Positions 39,074 through 51,133 are shown, counted from the first letter of the stretch. The stretch is 64,000 nt of DNA from Nemertoderma westbladi (GCA_032718475.1 JAUCBJ010002155.1:23211-87210); one strand, 5' to 3'. Notes: generated by a model from the letters alone, not told the origin. Program-made: numbers and translations.

Positions 39074-39133
39074 TCGGATTCGAAGTTGGAACCTCGAGGT
39101 GGAAGCCGAGACTACAACCACTAGGCCACAGGT
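39074..39133 (-). promoter_or_regulatory. tRNA-like internal Pol III promoter directly upstream of the hammerhead
   Basis: A box TGGCCTAGTGG (39128-39118) and B box (C)TTCGAATCC (39085-39076). Confidence 0.65.
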
Positions 39134-39439
39134 TCTTGAGATATGGAGTATTAATTTCAAAGACAGCTGCCATTTTATTAGCCCCTGATTTTTATTATTG
39201 ATAGTAACAATGAGTTGGCAAGCTGTATTTTTAGATTTTTATTTTTTAAGACCCCTAGATCCCTTCCTATAATAAATGTACAATAACAAATACCTCGAAA
39301 AATACAGCTTGCCAACACATTGTTACTATCAATAATAGTTGGGACATGGGAAACTGGTTCGAATGATCAGCCCTCAGTAATAAAATTTCTACGAATAATT
39401 AATTTGCATTGTTTACGGAACGAGTACGGACGAGAAATA

Positions 39440-39810
39440 TCCGCGTCACATTTAGTTTATGCCCTGAAATTTGGCGGCAAATTGTTTATGCATTTAAATT
39501 TCGCGGCACGTTTAGTTTATACCGTGAACTGTCGCAGCACATTAATTTTATGTCGTAAATTTTTTCGACACTTTTGTTATATGCCGTGAAAATTCGCGGC
39601 ACTTTTAGGCCTAGTTGATTACGTGAAACTTTGCGGCACATTTATTTCGTGTCGTAAAATTATGTGGCACATAAGTTTACTGTGCCTGCCATGACATTTA
39701 GCTGGACATTCAGTTTATGCCGTGAAATATGTGACATATTCACTATGCCGCGAGAAATCTAGGCACGTTTATATCAGAAAATTTTGCGGAAGGTTTAGTT
39801 TGTGACGCGA
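39440..39810. repeat. Diverged ~30-bp tandem repeat
   Basis: Recurring tttagtttatgccgtgaaatttcgcggcaca-like units. Confidence 0.7.
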
Positions 39811-40654
39811 AGTTATTGAAATTTAACAGGATATCTTTTCTTGTTGCAACCGGTTCAATATCGATTAATACGATTTATTAAAATGCTTGGCAATCCCGGT
39901 TTATCAAAACCGACCATAGGTATCTCAAAATTAAATTAGTACGGTATCATCGATGTAGAATAATTAGGGGGGTGGTGGTAACAATTTATATTTAGGTTGT
40001 TTAATAAATAAGTTAACAATATTGTTAAACGATATGATAACGATAACCAACATAGATACAGTCTTGGCATCGTCAAAATAATACAGCCTTTAAAATGTAA
40101 ATGTTGTTTAACTGAAATACAACCAATAAATATTTAAATGGCGGAGATCAAATTGCATAAATAAAAAAATATGGGTTGTAAATAAAGACATACCGTATAC
40201 ATTCAACTTATACAACTGCTAAACCATCAACTGCAACAAATAAATTAATGACATATAAATTATTAAATAATATTACAGAAACTGAAACTAACAACAAGGC
40301 GGAAATATATTGAACTAATAATTAAATATAATCTAAATTATAACATTGTTGTATCTTTTGCACAAAATGTGGCATCTGGAGCAAATTCAGCACCATGATT
40401 TCAAATACCATCTTAAAATAATACAATTTTAATAAATAAAACCAATTGAATGTGAAACAACTTTTAAACTTAGTAAACTTCTTCGTGAGCGCCACAACAA
40501 CGTCCATGTAGTGTGTGACTAAAAGTAAAAGCTACAATTCGCGAAAAACTAAAAGCAGACACAGGCGGGGCGAATACAAGACCAGACTGGGTCATAAAAA
40601 TTGTTAACTAACAGGCATTAATAATTTATCTAAATAAACGACTTTTAGTACCAG

Positions 40655-43501
40655 CTAAGAAGCCTCTAACATTGATAGAAGTCTTTGTTTCGCTTTCTTA
40701 GTGAGATGCGAAGAAGCTAAGCAATTAACTAAACCAACCAACTGTTTAGTAGTGTAACTCTCTCGGTGTTCCTTCAACCATTTCTCCAACTCTATCTCGG
40801 GTAGATAGAAAGCCTTGATGTAAGCCTCCACGAGGTCCCGCATCGGTAAAGGCCGCACATCCGTCAACCTTTCAACCTGCACGACGTACTGCTGGAAATC
40901 CAACTGCATCAAAGCCCGACCCTCGTTGGAACACTTCCTAACCGAGGAGTAACCCTCGACCAGTGTGCGATGGAGACTCTTCAAACACTCCCCCCATATG
41001 ATCCGACTAACCGCCGGTAACACCGGGACTTTGTCCCTGTGAGTCGCTGCCAACCCGCACTCCAACCCCTGCAGATTGCTCAGCACCACGTCCACGTACG
41101 CGTTGTGCTGGGACATTATGTCCCCGATGTCCCACCTCACCTGCGCGATCAGGGACACGATCTGCTCGGCGTTGACGATCCGATCGGCGACGGCCCCGTA
41201 GATCGGGCCGCGTAGATCCCCGGCGGAGACCAGCGTCTGCGCGCAGAACTGGTTGAAGAAAACGACGCGATTCTCGGGTAACATCGACTCGATATGCGGC
41301 CGCAAGTTGGTGAGCTCCTCGGAGAGCAAGACGAGAGACTCAGTGGCGACGATGCGGTACTGCAGACCGAACAGATCGGTGGAGTCGGTTAGATCGACGA
41401 GCGGTGATACACCCGGGGGTTCCACGCGGAAGCCGCCGTCCTCCACGGCGCCGGAGTTATTCGCGATCAGACTCTGGTAGATTCGAGTTAAAGTCGACAG
41501 CAAACGAGTCGAGTAGCCTGCGGTCTTATCGTCGGCGTCCGCCGCGAAGAAGAGGTTCACCGAGAAGAGATAGAGCTCGTAGAGTTGGGTCATAGAGACG
41601 ACGACTTCGAAGGCGATCGTCTTCAGTAGACTCATCATCCGCATGTAACGACCGAAGGAGCGGAGGACACTGAGACTCGTGTTCGCGAGGACTTTATCCC
41701 CGGCGACGCGTCGCGTTGTACTCGACTGGCGACTACCGAGTTGCTTCCCCTCCGACGACGTCCTCCGAGTGCCCCCTGACGGCCTCCGCTCCCTGCCGGA
41801 CGTCCCCGCCCCCTCCGAACCGACGCCTTCCTCGTCGATAAACGCCGCTTTCAATTCGTCCGGGACGTCGTCGCTCTCCGAACTCGCCGCGGAATCATCC
41901 GACTCGTCCAACTCGTCGCGACTCGTGGAGAACACGTCCTCCACGTAGTCAACCTCCGCGGGGAGATCGAACGGAGTGGCGTCGGACGCCTCGAAACTCT
42001 CGAGATACGCGGCGTCGACGACGGAGTCGCTCCGTCGCTCCTCGATAAGGAAGTTAAACTCCTTGAGATGGACGGCGTTGAAACTCGCCTTGACGGGGCA
42101 CCACTGCCACGCCTCGTTCTCCAGGAACATCGACAACTCGTCGAGGTAACCGCGATGCAGTTTAAGGAAGTAATCGAGCGACTGTTTATGCAGAGTTTCC
42201 CGAAGCGACGCGGATTTACCGCAAAATTCGTCGCCGATCGCGATGAGTTTGGCGATGACGTCGAGGACCTTGATGAAGTCGTCGAAGAGGAAGGAAGACA
42301 GATCGGTGCCGAGGACGCAGAACTTCACTTTGTTCTGGATGTCCTGCCAGATCCGCGCGGTTCCGTACTCCAGCTTACTGTCGATGTAGTTCCGAGTGAA
42401 GTTGGACTCGACCGACTTACCCGAGACCCCGCTGCTGTGACTTCGGTGCCATTTCCGCAGCTTGTAGTAGTTGAGCATTATGTTCCAAAGCGATCGACAC
42501 AGATCCGAAAGACACGGCATAAAGGCGTCACGATCGATGTGGCGACAGAGTTGGTTGTAGGAGAGACGTTGATGGCTCGAGTCGCCTTTCCCGCTGTAGA
42601 GTTCGACGTAGCCGACGACAATCTGGAAGGCGGTGTTGTGGATAGTCCCGGCGAAGTGCATGAGCATCTGGTCGACCGCGGTCTGCTCCTTGCCGAGGAT
42701 GTGGTAGGCCTGGTTGAGGTTCCCGTAGAACAGTGGGTTGAATGAGGAGCAGTTCTTGGCAAGGGTTTGGTCGAGTTGCTCCTCTATGGTAACCAAGGTG
42801 TCGGACAGTTTAGAACTAAGTTCGCTTATACACTTGTAGTATTTGTAGGTAATTGCGGTTTTCTGGCACTCCAGACAGAGTTGGATGGCTCGCGGGTATT
42901 CCTCGGATTCTAGAAGCACCATAATATTAGCGTCCGTGTGCTCCAGAGTTTCTAAAGCTTTTATCGCTTTTATCAAGGACACCAACATGCTTTTCTTCCG
43001 GTGATTTACCAACAACTTCACGGATTGCAAAGTCAACCTCTTGGTGGCCTCGGATAACTTGTGCCGACTCCGCAGACACAGGGTGTACGTTGTATCCAAT
43101 GTCGCTTCCATCAAACTAACTCGCGATAGCTCGTTGGCATATCCCGCCTCGTTGTCCAAGATCAACCCGGATATCTTCTTGGAAACAACCTGGAGTTGCT
43201 GTTTGTATTTGTCCTGCTGCTGGTTTAGGTACTGTAGGTCTAGATTCTCGGGTAATTGCTTCAGTTGGTATTCAACTGCGTCGAAATCTTCTTCTGACTG
43301 GAAGAACTCCTTGCTGATACTCTCCATTACCTGTTCGTCGAGAAGCGGGTCGTTAAGGAGTTTCGATTTCGCGACGACCGAGTTGTAATTCTCACTGGGG
43401 AAATCCAAGTCCTCCGGCGGTGGAGGTGACGGGGAAGTTTCTTCATTTGTCTCGGTTTTCTTCTTTATTAAAAGTCCAATTTTTTTTAATGATGACGACA
43501 T
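40655..43501 (-). CDS. VPS50: Syndetin, EARP complex subunit VPS50 (CCDC132)
   Basis: 948-aa single-exon ORF: Vps54_N-like N-terminus (EYPRAIQLCLECQK, YKCISELSSKL), MFLENEAWQWCPVK, and C-terminal LVEGYSSVRKCSNEGRALMQLDFQQ...VEAYIKAFYL. Confidence 0.96.
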   Translation of the reverse strand: MSSSLKKIGLLIKKKTETNEETSPSPPPPEDLDFPSENYNSVVAKSKLLNDPLLDEQVMESISKEFFQSEEDFDAVEYQLKQLPENLDLQYLNQQQDKYKQQLQVVSKKISGLILDNEAGYANELSRVSLMEATLDTTYTLCLRSRHKLSEATKRLTLQSVKLLVNHRKKSMLVSLIKAIKALETLEHTDANIMVLLESEEYPRAIQLCLECQKTAITYKYYKCISELSSKLSDTLVTIEEQLDQTLAKNCSSFNPLFYGNLNQAYHILGKEQTAVDQMLMHFAGTIHNTAFQIVVGYVELYSGKGDSSHQRLSYNQLCRHIDRDAFMPCLSDLCRSLWNIMLNYYKLRKWHRSHSSGVSGKSVESNFTRNYIDSKLEYGTARIWQDIQNKVKFCVLGTDLSSFLFDDFIKVLDVIAKLIAIGDEFCGKSASLRETLHKQSLDYFLKLHRGYLDELSMFLENEAWQWCPVKASFNAVHLKEFNFLIEERRSDSVVDAAYLESFEASDATPFDLPAEVDYVEDVFSTSRDELDESDDSAASSESDDVPDELKAAFIDEEGVGSEGAGTSGRERRPSGGTRRTSSEGKQLGSRQSSTTRRVAGDKVLANTSLSVLRSFGRYMRMMSLLKTIAFEVVVSMTQLYELYLFSVNLFFAADADDKTAGYSTRLLSTLTRIYQSLIANNSGAVEDGGFRVEPPGVSPLVDLTDSTDLFGLQYRIVATESLVLLSEELTNLRPHIESMLPENRVVFFNQFCAQTLVSAGDLRGPIYGAVADRIVNAEQIVSLIAQVRWDIGDIMSQHNAYVDVVLSNLQGLECGLAATHRDKVPVLPAVSRIIWGECLKSLHRTLVEGYSSVRKCSNEGRALMQLDFQQYVVQVERLTDVRPLPMRDLVEAYIKAFYLPEIELEKWLKEHRESYTTKQLVGLVNCLASSHLTKKAKQRLLSMLEAS

Positions 43502-43805
43502 ATTTCAGTATTTCATTGAGTACCGGTACATTGAGTAGCTGAGTAGGCCTATAAAAATTTGTGAGAGAATTTGAATTGTTTGGAATTGGAATTGTTTAAT
43601 TGACATTAAATATAAAAAATAAAATAGAGCTAACAATAAGCAGATAAGAAGGGTCCTACGAATTACCCCAAAACACCCCAAAATAGTCAAACATCACCCC
43701 AAAAAAGCTAAAACTGTAAAAATTTACCCCAAATTACACCAAAATAAGCCAACAATGTTTATTAACGGCGAGGGTAGTTTGGTACTGTGTAAAGGGAATT
43801 TAGAG

Positions 43806-45605
43806 TTAGGTTCTTGGAGCAAAGGGGTCTCTATCAAGGTCTCTATCAATTATTTCTGGCTCATCTACTATAGTAGGTAGTCTTTCTACTCTTGTAATTT
43901 GGGCTGTTGGCTCTCGATTACTTAAGTCTACACTAGCTAGCTCCCTTCTCACCGCAGGGGGTAAGTTAGGCAACTTATGACGGTGGGGCACTCTTCTACG
44001 TCCGTTTGAACGAGATTTATTACTTTTACCCTCGGGATCAGTTGTATCACCTTCATCCGAGGAGGTAAATCCGTCTTCTGGGAGTAGATCGACTTAGTTG
44101 CATCTGAGTAGCTGCTCTTTGTTTATTTAAGTAATCTTGTTTCGCCTGAAGGTTCTCCAACTCTAGTTGCGCTGTCGCTTCAGATGCCCTCCGTTCTGCT
44201 TCTGCCACTGCCGCTGCTGCTGCAGCTTTTCTTTCAGCTTCTGCCGCTTTTCTTTCAGCTTCTGCCACTGCCACTGCTGCTGTCGCTTTTCTTTCAGCCT
44301 CTGCCGCTACCGCTGCCATTTCCGCATCTAAAGAGTCCAGCACGAATTTGGCTCCCTCACTATTGGGGTGAAGTCCAGCTAGACGTCTCCTTAGCTCTTT
44401 GTCACCTATAAATCGTTGATAATCCGACAGATAGATGTCAATAGCATCCTTCTTCTGAGGTTTTTCGGATACCGCTTCGCCTTCCACATGAGAAAAGGTT
44501 GCATCTGTTGATTCTCCGTGGGTTATGCGTTCAGTTAACTGATCCCTCCATTGTGTTGTTCCCTGGACTTTAACATTCACTCGTTGGAACCAAGTCTTTA
44601 CAGCCACCTGTAACGACGTGTCTTGACTTCTCTTCGAGGCCTCTTCAAAGGCTGAAAGGATTAATCTGCTCTTCAAGATACGCTCTCTCACTTGGTAAAG
44701 CAGCTCTCCCTGCTCTTGAGGTCCCTGAGGTTGTTGAAATAGTTGGATTTCTATTCTTTCCAAGGAGTTGAAGAATGCCCTGGACATATCCTGCTGCTGA
44801 CCTCTTCCCTACAGCGGGATCTCGGGTCTCCCTCACTACCCCCATTTGGAATAAGTCTTCCCAGGCAGCTTCCGATAAGATAAACGGGAGTCCAGGTTCG
44901 GGGAAGTTCCATTGAGTCTCTACAATAGACCTTAGTTCTTCCATCGGGTATCCTGCATAACTGTCCCTGGTCGATCTCTTATTTCTCGTCAATCCGCTTG
45001 ATGTTCTTCTACAGCTATAAGTACTCTAGTGAGTACAGCCCCAGGAAGAATTAGAAGTAAACCGCTTCATCCATCCTTGTTGCGATCTCGGGCGTTAACT
45101 CCTCGGTGTCGGAACTAGAGTTACTACTCAGTTGAGAAATAATTTCTCGGTTAGGGTACTGTTGTTGTTTGGCAGCCATCTCTTGTTCTCGCTTAACTTG
45201 AGCCCTAGTGCCTATAATAGACCTATGGTGCTTTACTAGCCTAGGGTCCGATACCACTACTGTAGGGATAACCTTTCTTACAGTAGGAGGGGACTTAAGA
45301 CTTCGGTCTGGGATGGAGTAGTGTCTACATCATTGTCCAGAATAGGGTGTTTCCCTTCACTTCTATGGGGCTTTCTATTATTCCTACCTGTCCCAAATAC
45401 GTTGTGTAATGATTTCCAACCTGTCCAATATAGGGAGGGGCATCCAATCAAATCATCATATGAGCCAACTCCTCGTCATCGGACCAATACCAACATTCCT
45501 AAAGTTAGGCATCTCCCTTATTGGCTATATAATGTAAAGGTTAATGGAAAATTCCACTGATATATAATCCAAGTGTCAGCTACGAATCCGGGGCTCATTA
45601 TAACA
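43806..45605 (-). mobile_element. Truncated LTR-like retroelement with degenerate gag-like coiled-coil ORFs
   Basis: Minus strand putative LTR TGTTATAATG...CCCTACA (45605-45261), PBS-like TGGTATCGGACC at 45256, then ORFs 45051-45257, 44645-44992, 44053-44787 (AEAERKA repeats) and 43806-43991. No pol and no second LTR. Confidence 0.45.
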
Positions 45606-46842
45606 ACCTATACTGGACAGAGCAACGTATTTGGGACAAGAGCTGGTTAAGGTATATAGTCAACTGCTCTAAAAAAAAAAGGTTTTCATTATAAGGCAAT
45701 GTAGCCAACCTGCACAAACAGTTTTCTTCTTCTTTATGCTTAAAAGGTGTAAGGGGCCACATGATATCTTGCACCTAAATGATTTCAATTTTCCTTTTGG
45801 CATGGCTGAGAAAATGACAAAAATTTGCCTTATTTTTTATAGAGTGAAAATTCTAAAAAAAAAAAGTTGACGCTTAAAAAAAAAAGGTCTAACTTGTGAT
45901 TCATATTTGTAATTAAACACTATATATGCATATTTAATGTCATATATGTTCATTCAGTCATTAGGATGGTCATACCATAGTTGTATCAATGCATAAATGT
46001 AATGAAAATATATCATTTAGCTAACTTTATTTAACTAAAGTACTATTGTTTTAGTACTATTGTCTATAATATAAAGTCCATATTTTCCTTGAGTTTATTA
46101 TATCGGATTAGTGCCACTTCGTCTTCATCAAAGATGAATGCAAGTACTTGCGTTCCTTGAGCCAGCCTGGGTGAAGCAGGACCAAAGAATATACGTCGGT
46201 AATCATCGTAATCAATGCTGCTGATATCTCGCCGACCATTAGGGTTAATGTCAGCAGGCCATGACCACAGAGTGTCTATGGTTCGAAGGTTTAGACGCGT
46301 GTTTCGAGTAAGATAATCAAATACCCAGCCACCAGGTTTATCATCAACACCTTTATCACGAGAAATGAACCGTCCCCAATAATAATTATCTGCAAAGAAG
46401 ACAGCAAATATCTGCTGAATACTATCAGGGTCCTCTCTCGGAACAGCATTCAATTCAAACAACAATGATCAAGATTGCTGACTCGGTTTACTTCGAACAG
46501 ATTGGCGAGATTTCTTCTTCATTGGTGATGCGACTGGGGTGGGATCAGCGTCACTTCTCGAATACCCATCCTCATGAATCCTCACCACTATATTCATCTC
46601 CCGATTCGTCTGGGCTCTCAGATAACTCTTCCTCCTCTGATGTATCTGGTGTTTCCTTGGTCTTTTGTTTGCGGTTTCCTTTTTTTTGTGGCTGGTTCTC
46701 TTTATCCTTCTTCTTTGCAAGACGAACTTGATGACGTTTCTCCTTCTCTTCCTGTTTGCGCTTATTCTCTTCTTCCTTCGCCCTAATGGCATTAAGAACA
46801 TCATCATGGGTTAGCACCTGGGCACCAGGAACAATTCCACTT

Positions 46843-48694
46843 CCCAGTAAAAAATCCGCATGCGTAACGCATTCGTGCCACATGCAGCATTCGTAAAAGG
46901 TGCGTGCAATGTTATTTAAGATTCGTGAAGCCTTCGTCAATGGTTCGTCAGTCCGAATAATTTAACGAATGCGTATAGTATTCGTATCGCATGTGAGATT
47001 TCACTTGTAAATATATTCGTGGCTCATCATTCGTGGCACATGCGATACGAATGCTTCCACTCCACTCAAAAATAATTCGTGGTTCATTCGTTCGTGCCAC
47101 ATGCGATACGAATGCTTAGCCACGCCACTCTTAAAATTATTCGTGGTCCATTCGTGACGCATGCGATACGCATGCAAAGCACTCTCAATTAGAGTACCGT
47201 ACAGACTGTAATACTGGCCAATCACCATTCGGCAAATAATCGAACATAGTGTTATTAGTTAGTAGCTCTCCCCCTTTGTTACCAGTCAGCCAGTCCCATG
47301 TACGTTTACTATATATTTATTTAATGGGTTGCCCAGTAATTCTTAACTCCCGTTTATTATTTTTGGTTCCCCATTATTTTGGTATGTAAACCTGTTCCCT
47401 TTACCAACATGCTTGATATACTGTAATAATGTAAAGGTTATGTACTGTAGGCTAGGTGAGATAAATAATGACAACATAAAACTACTGTATTAACTTAAGG
47501 AACTACAGTATGTAGGCATACTTATAGTATGTAGGCACTAGGCACCCCCCACCCGTAGTTTTAGCCCCTGTCATCCTGTACAGTAGTACTCATTTCCCAA
47601 AGTTATTACAGTAGTTTTATGTTGTCATTATTTATCTCACCTGGCCTACAGTACAGTACCAATACATATTATAAAGCATGTGGAATTTTTATTAAATTGT
47701 ACGTGTGTACGGTGATATTCTCACACAGTTTCTTAGGCCTCCAGGTCGAATTTGTTTAATTCGCTATAAAACGCCATTAAAAAGTCTACTGATATACTGT
47801 AGCAGTTAATTACCGGTAACTGCTACAGTAGGCCCTACACTTATTAATGGTAAAAAAATCTTACAGACAAAATACATCAAAGGCATACATTTTATGAGAT
47901 GCATCAACATAATTTCAATGTTTTTTTTTACTATATTCTAGAATTTTAATTCGCTTTTTTTCGATAATAAGTAATAAAATATATATACTGTATAATAATA
48001 ATACAAATATATATAATAATAAAATAATATAATATAATAATAAATAATATAATATAATAATAAAATAATTAAAATAATATAATAATAAAATATCATAAAA
48101 AATAATAAACCATCAATAATAATTAATAAGATTAATTAAAAGCTTGACATTAATATTCTAGATAATAAAATCATCAGAACTATAACGATTTACGTCTGAA
48201 ATTGCGTGCTCTTGAATTATATCTGAACATTTTTTTGGGGAAATTGAAAATGGCTTTCATATTCGATTCGGAATATCAAGTATATTCAAAAAAATAAAAT
48301 AAAATGGACACGTTTTAACAGTTGTAAACTGTTAAAACTATGTAAACTGTAGCGAAATAATAAAAAAAATAAAAATCCTGCGGTAAACATTCGTATAACA
48401 CTCGTAAAACATTCGTAACGCATTCGTATAGCGTGGGAAACATTCGTATATAACATGCGGGACGCATTCGTATCGTGTGCGGGAAACATTCGTATAAGAT
48501 TAGGGACGCATTCGTAGAATGTGCGGGATTCGAATAAGGTTCGTATTACATTCGATATGCGAATAAAGGATGCGTATTTGGTTCGGTTTTCGCATTCGTA
48601 TCGCATGGTTCATCTATGTAACATTTCAGAATGCGTTACGAATGCGTGAAATATGCGCCATCCCATGCGTTACGAATGCGGATTTTTTACTGGG
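46843..48694. mobile_element. CCCAG-ended EnSpm-type non-autonomous element
   Basis: TIR CCCAGTAAAAAATCCGCAT...ATGCGGATTTTTTACTGGG, 2-bp TSD TT and CATTCGTA subterminal repeats. Excision restores TTELGSGIVP. Confidence 0.9.
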
Positions 48695-49518
48695 TTCCAA
48701 GTTCAGTGGTCTTCTTCCTTGGTTTACGGTGTTCCTTTCCCCGGTTGGCAATGATCACTTCCAATTGACCCGCAACTGGCACCTGTACCCAAACAACCTG
48801 TTTCTGCCAACCATAACCAGGTGGACAATTCTCTACAGGACATGGTGGTATGATTAAGTTATCCAAAGATCGTTGTGATGAAGTAGATAAACGTGAAGCA
48901 GATGATATAGATGATCTAGGTGTCACTATGTCACTTGACACAGACCCATCAGAGTCTGTTACACTGCTGAGTGTCAAATTAGCCAAAGGTAAGTCTTCAG
49001 CTATGGGTTCAGAGGGTTTTCCTCCCAGTCTCCCCGCTTGCTGTTCAAGGACCTCTGGTGCCTGGTCCTCATGATGGATCTCCTGCTCCTCCTCTTCGAC
49101 ATCAGGAAGCTTTGGATCTCCCTTTGAATCAGTAGGCTTACCAGCAGCAACCCAAAGATCAAACCTGGAATTCTTCTGAGGGTCTGTAAATCGCTTCTTA
49201 TCATATTTACTGTAGTACTGTCAGGTGGATAAATTCCTGTTGTTTGAAACCCCTTGATGACTATCTCCTTTGTTACTGACTCCTTCCAAGCTGTTGATAA
49301 TATCTCAAGAAACTCAGCCTTGGGTACAGAACCGGCTCCAGTTGCAGCATTCCTCGTTTGCAACATTGTCTCATACTTAGCTTTAAATGGACGAAACATA
49401 GAGACATCAAGAGGTTGCAAGACATCAGTTACATGTGATGGAAACTTGAGAACAGATATATTGTTATCCCGACACAACCTTAGAGTTTCTAATCCCAAAT
49501 GGCATTTGGCACCATCCA

Positions 49519-51133
49519 CCCAGGTAGCACAAATACGTAAATTTACGGTAAATTTACGTTCATTATTCGTCCAGACGTTCTGGATTTATGTTCATATGAC
49601 GTTGTATTTCTCCCATAAGATGCTATTGATGCTAAACGTTCAATAGTTCAAAGTTGGCCGTCAGAAGTACCGTAATATGAACGGGCAATTGAACGTAAAA
49701 GAGACGACAGGCAATCTAGGTTCAAATGACGTGTTCACTAGACGTTCATTTCTGGTGTGTTATAGGTCCATATTCGGTTGAATAAACGTGTTCACTAGAC
49801 GTTCATTTCTGGTGTGTTATAGGTCCATATTCGGTTGAATAAACGTAAAAATTTAACGTGAGACCAACCAATCACTGTTTGTTGGTGCATGTTCTGTGTA
49901 GAGAGGGGAGGGGGGGGGGGGGGGTTAGCCTACCTTATCCAATCCCTACACCCTATCCTACGGCCCTACACCTACAATACCCTATACATTTAGAGAAGGA
50001 AGCATCAGAGTATATATGAAATTATTTAATCGATAGTGATATAAGAGTATCCATGATATATTATGGTGATGATCCACAAATTCACATTGGATTAGTTAGA
50101 TTTCTGTATTTTATCTTATTTCCAGCCAAAATAGATTATTCATATTGATGAATCTTAAAAAAAATAATTAATTTTATGATCTTATAATTGATATTTGAAA
50201 TTTTGTATCTATGCAATAAGGCAATAATGTAATACATACAAAAAGCAATTAAAACGTAAGAAAGGTTTATATAATATGATAAATTTGTAAAATAAAAAAT
50301 AATGTTTTGCGATTAAAAAAATTACCCTACGCATGATTGAAGTTTGAACATTCCAACGCCCATATATCCGATTTATCTCAACAAAATGTAATGGTATTTG
50401 GTCAGTTGGTATCAAAATAGACAAACTTTTGCGGTTTTCTTTGTTTGATATTTTCTTGGTTCAAAAGGCCTAATATATTCTAATAATTTCATTACCGGTA
50501 CAATTTTTCGTGACATAGTACTAGTGTATTAGCTTTAGTAATCAGTAGAATCACCTTTGTCTAATTTTGATGTTATTTGTTGTTTAAAATGTTTAAAAAT
50601 GCGTCAGCATTGTATTGGTTATCAATGTTTTGTTGTGTGAATAATTTTTCGATTACTTAAAGTAATTGTTTTGTATTGAGAATGAACCATTAGTCCAGAT
50701 ATAACTAAGCGGAACCACACCAACCATACAAGGAGTAGGCTAACCAACATAAAAAATAATTGCACAATAATAAATAGTCAGATAATTGTATCACGAACAA
50801 GTTTGAACATGCCATTGACATAACAAGTTAAAATAAATTATGTTTGAACGTTCATAAATGTTCAAACAACGTACATATTTAGGTACAAAGAAATGAACGC
50901 ATAACTGGACGCAATTTGAACGTTCAATATTCGTTTGTTTTGGTACATATTCAATTTCTTTAAAGTTAGGACGTTAAATTACCTCATGTGAACGTCACAA
51001 TTTGGTAAATTACTCACAACGTCAGCAATTTTTACCTATTTTGAACAATATTTCATTGATGTTCAGATTCGCATAAAAAAAGTACCAAATATGAACGTTC
51101 AATTTCTTTCGTGGACGTCCTGTGCTACCTGGG
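49519..51133. mobile_element. Second CCCAG-ended EnSpm-type non-autonomous element
   Basis: TIR CCCAGGTAGCACA...TGTGCTACCTGGG, 2-bp TSD CA and AACGT subterminal repeats. Excision restores the catalytic LLVVDGA. Confidence 0.9.

Larger units (their letters stand above)
38841..39335 (-). mobile_element. Small non-coding retroelement (retrozyme/PLE-like SINE) with tRNA-like head and hammerhead
   Basis: 12-bp direct repeat TAGTTGGGACAT at 38829-38840 and 39336-39347; three internal inverted-repeat pairs; Pol III boxes and a hammerhead on the minus strand. Confidence 0.7.

Noticed and set aside
41253-43388. Plus-strand ORFs overlapping VPS50
   Set aside because: Antisense shadows caused by high GC3.
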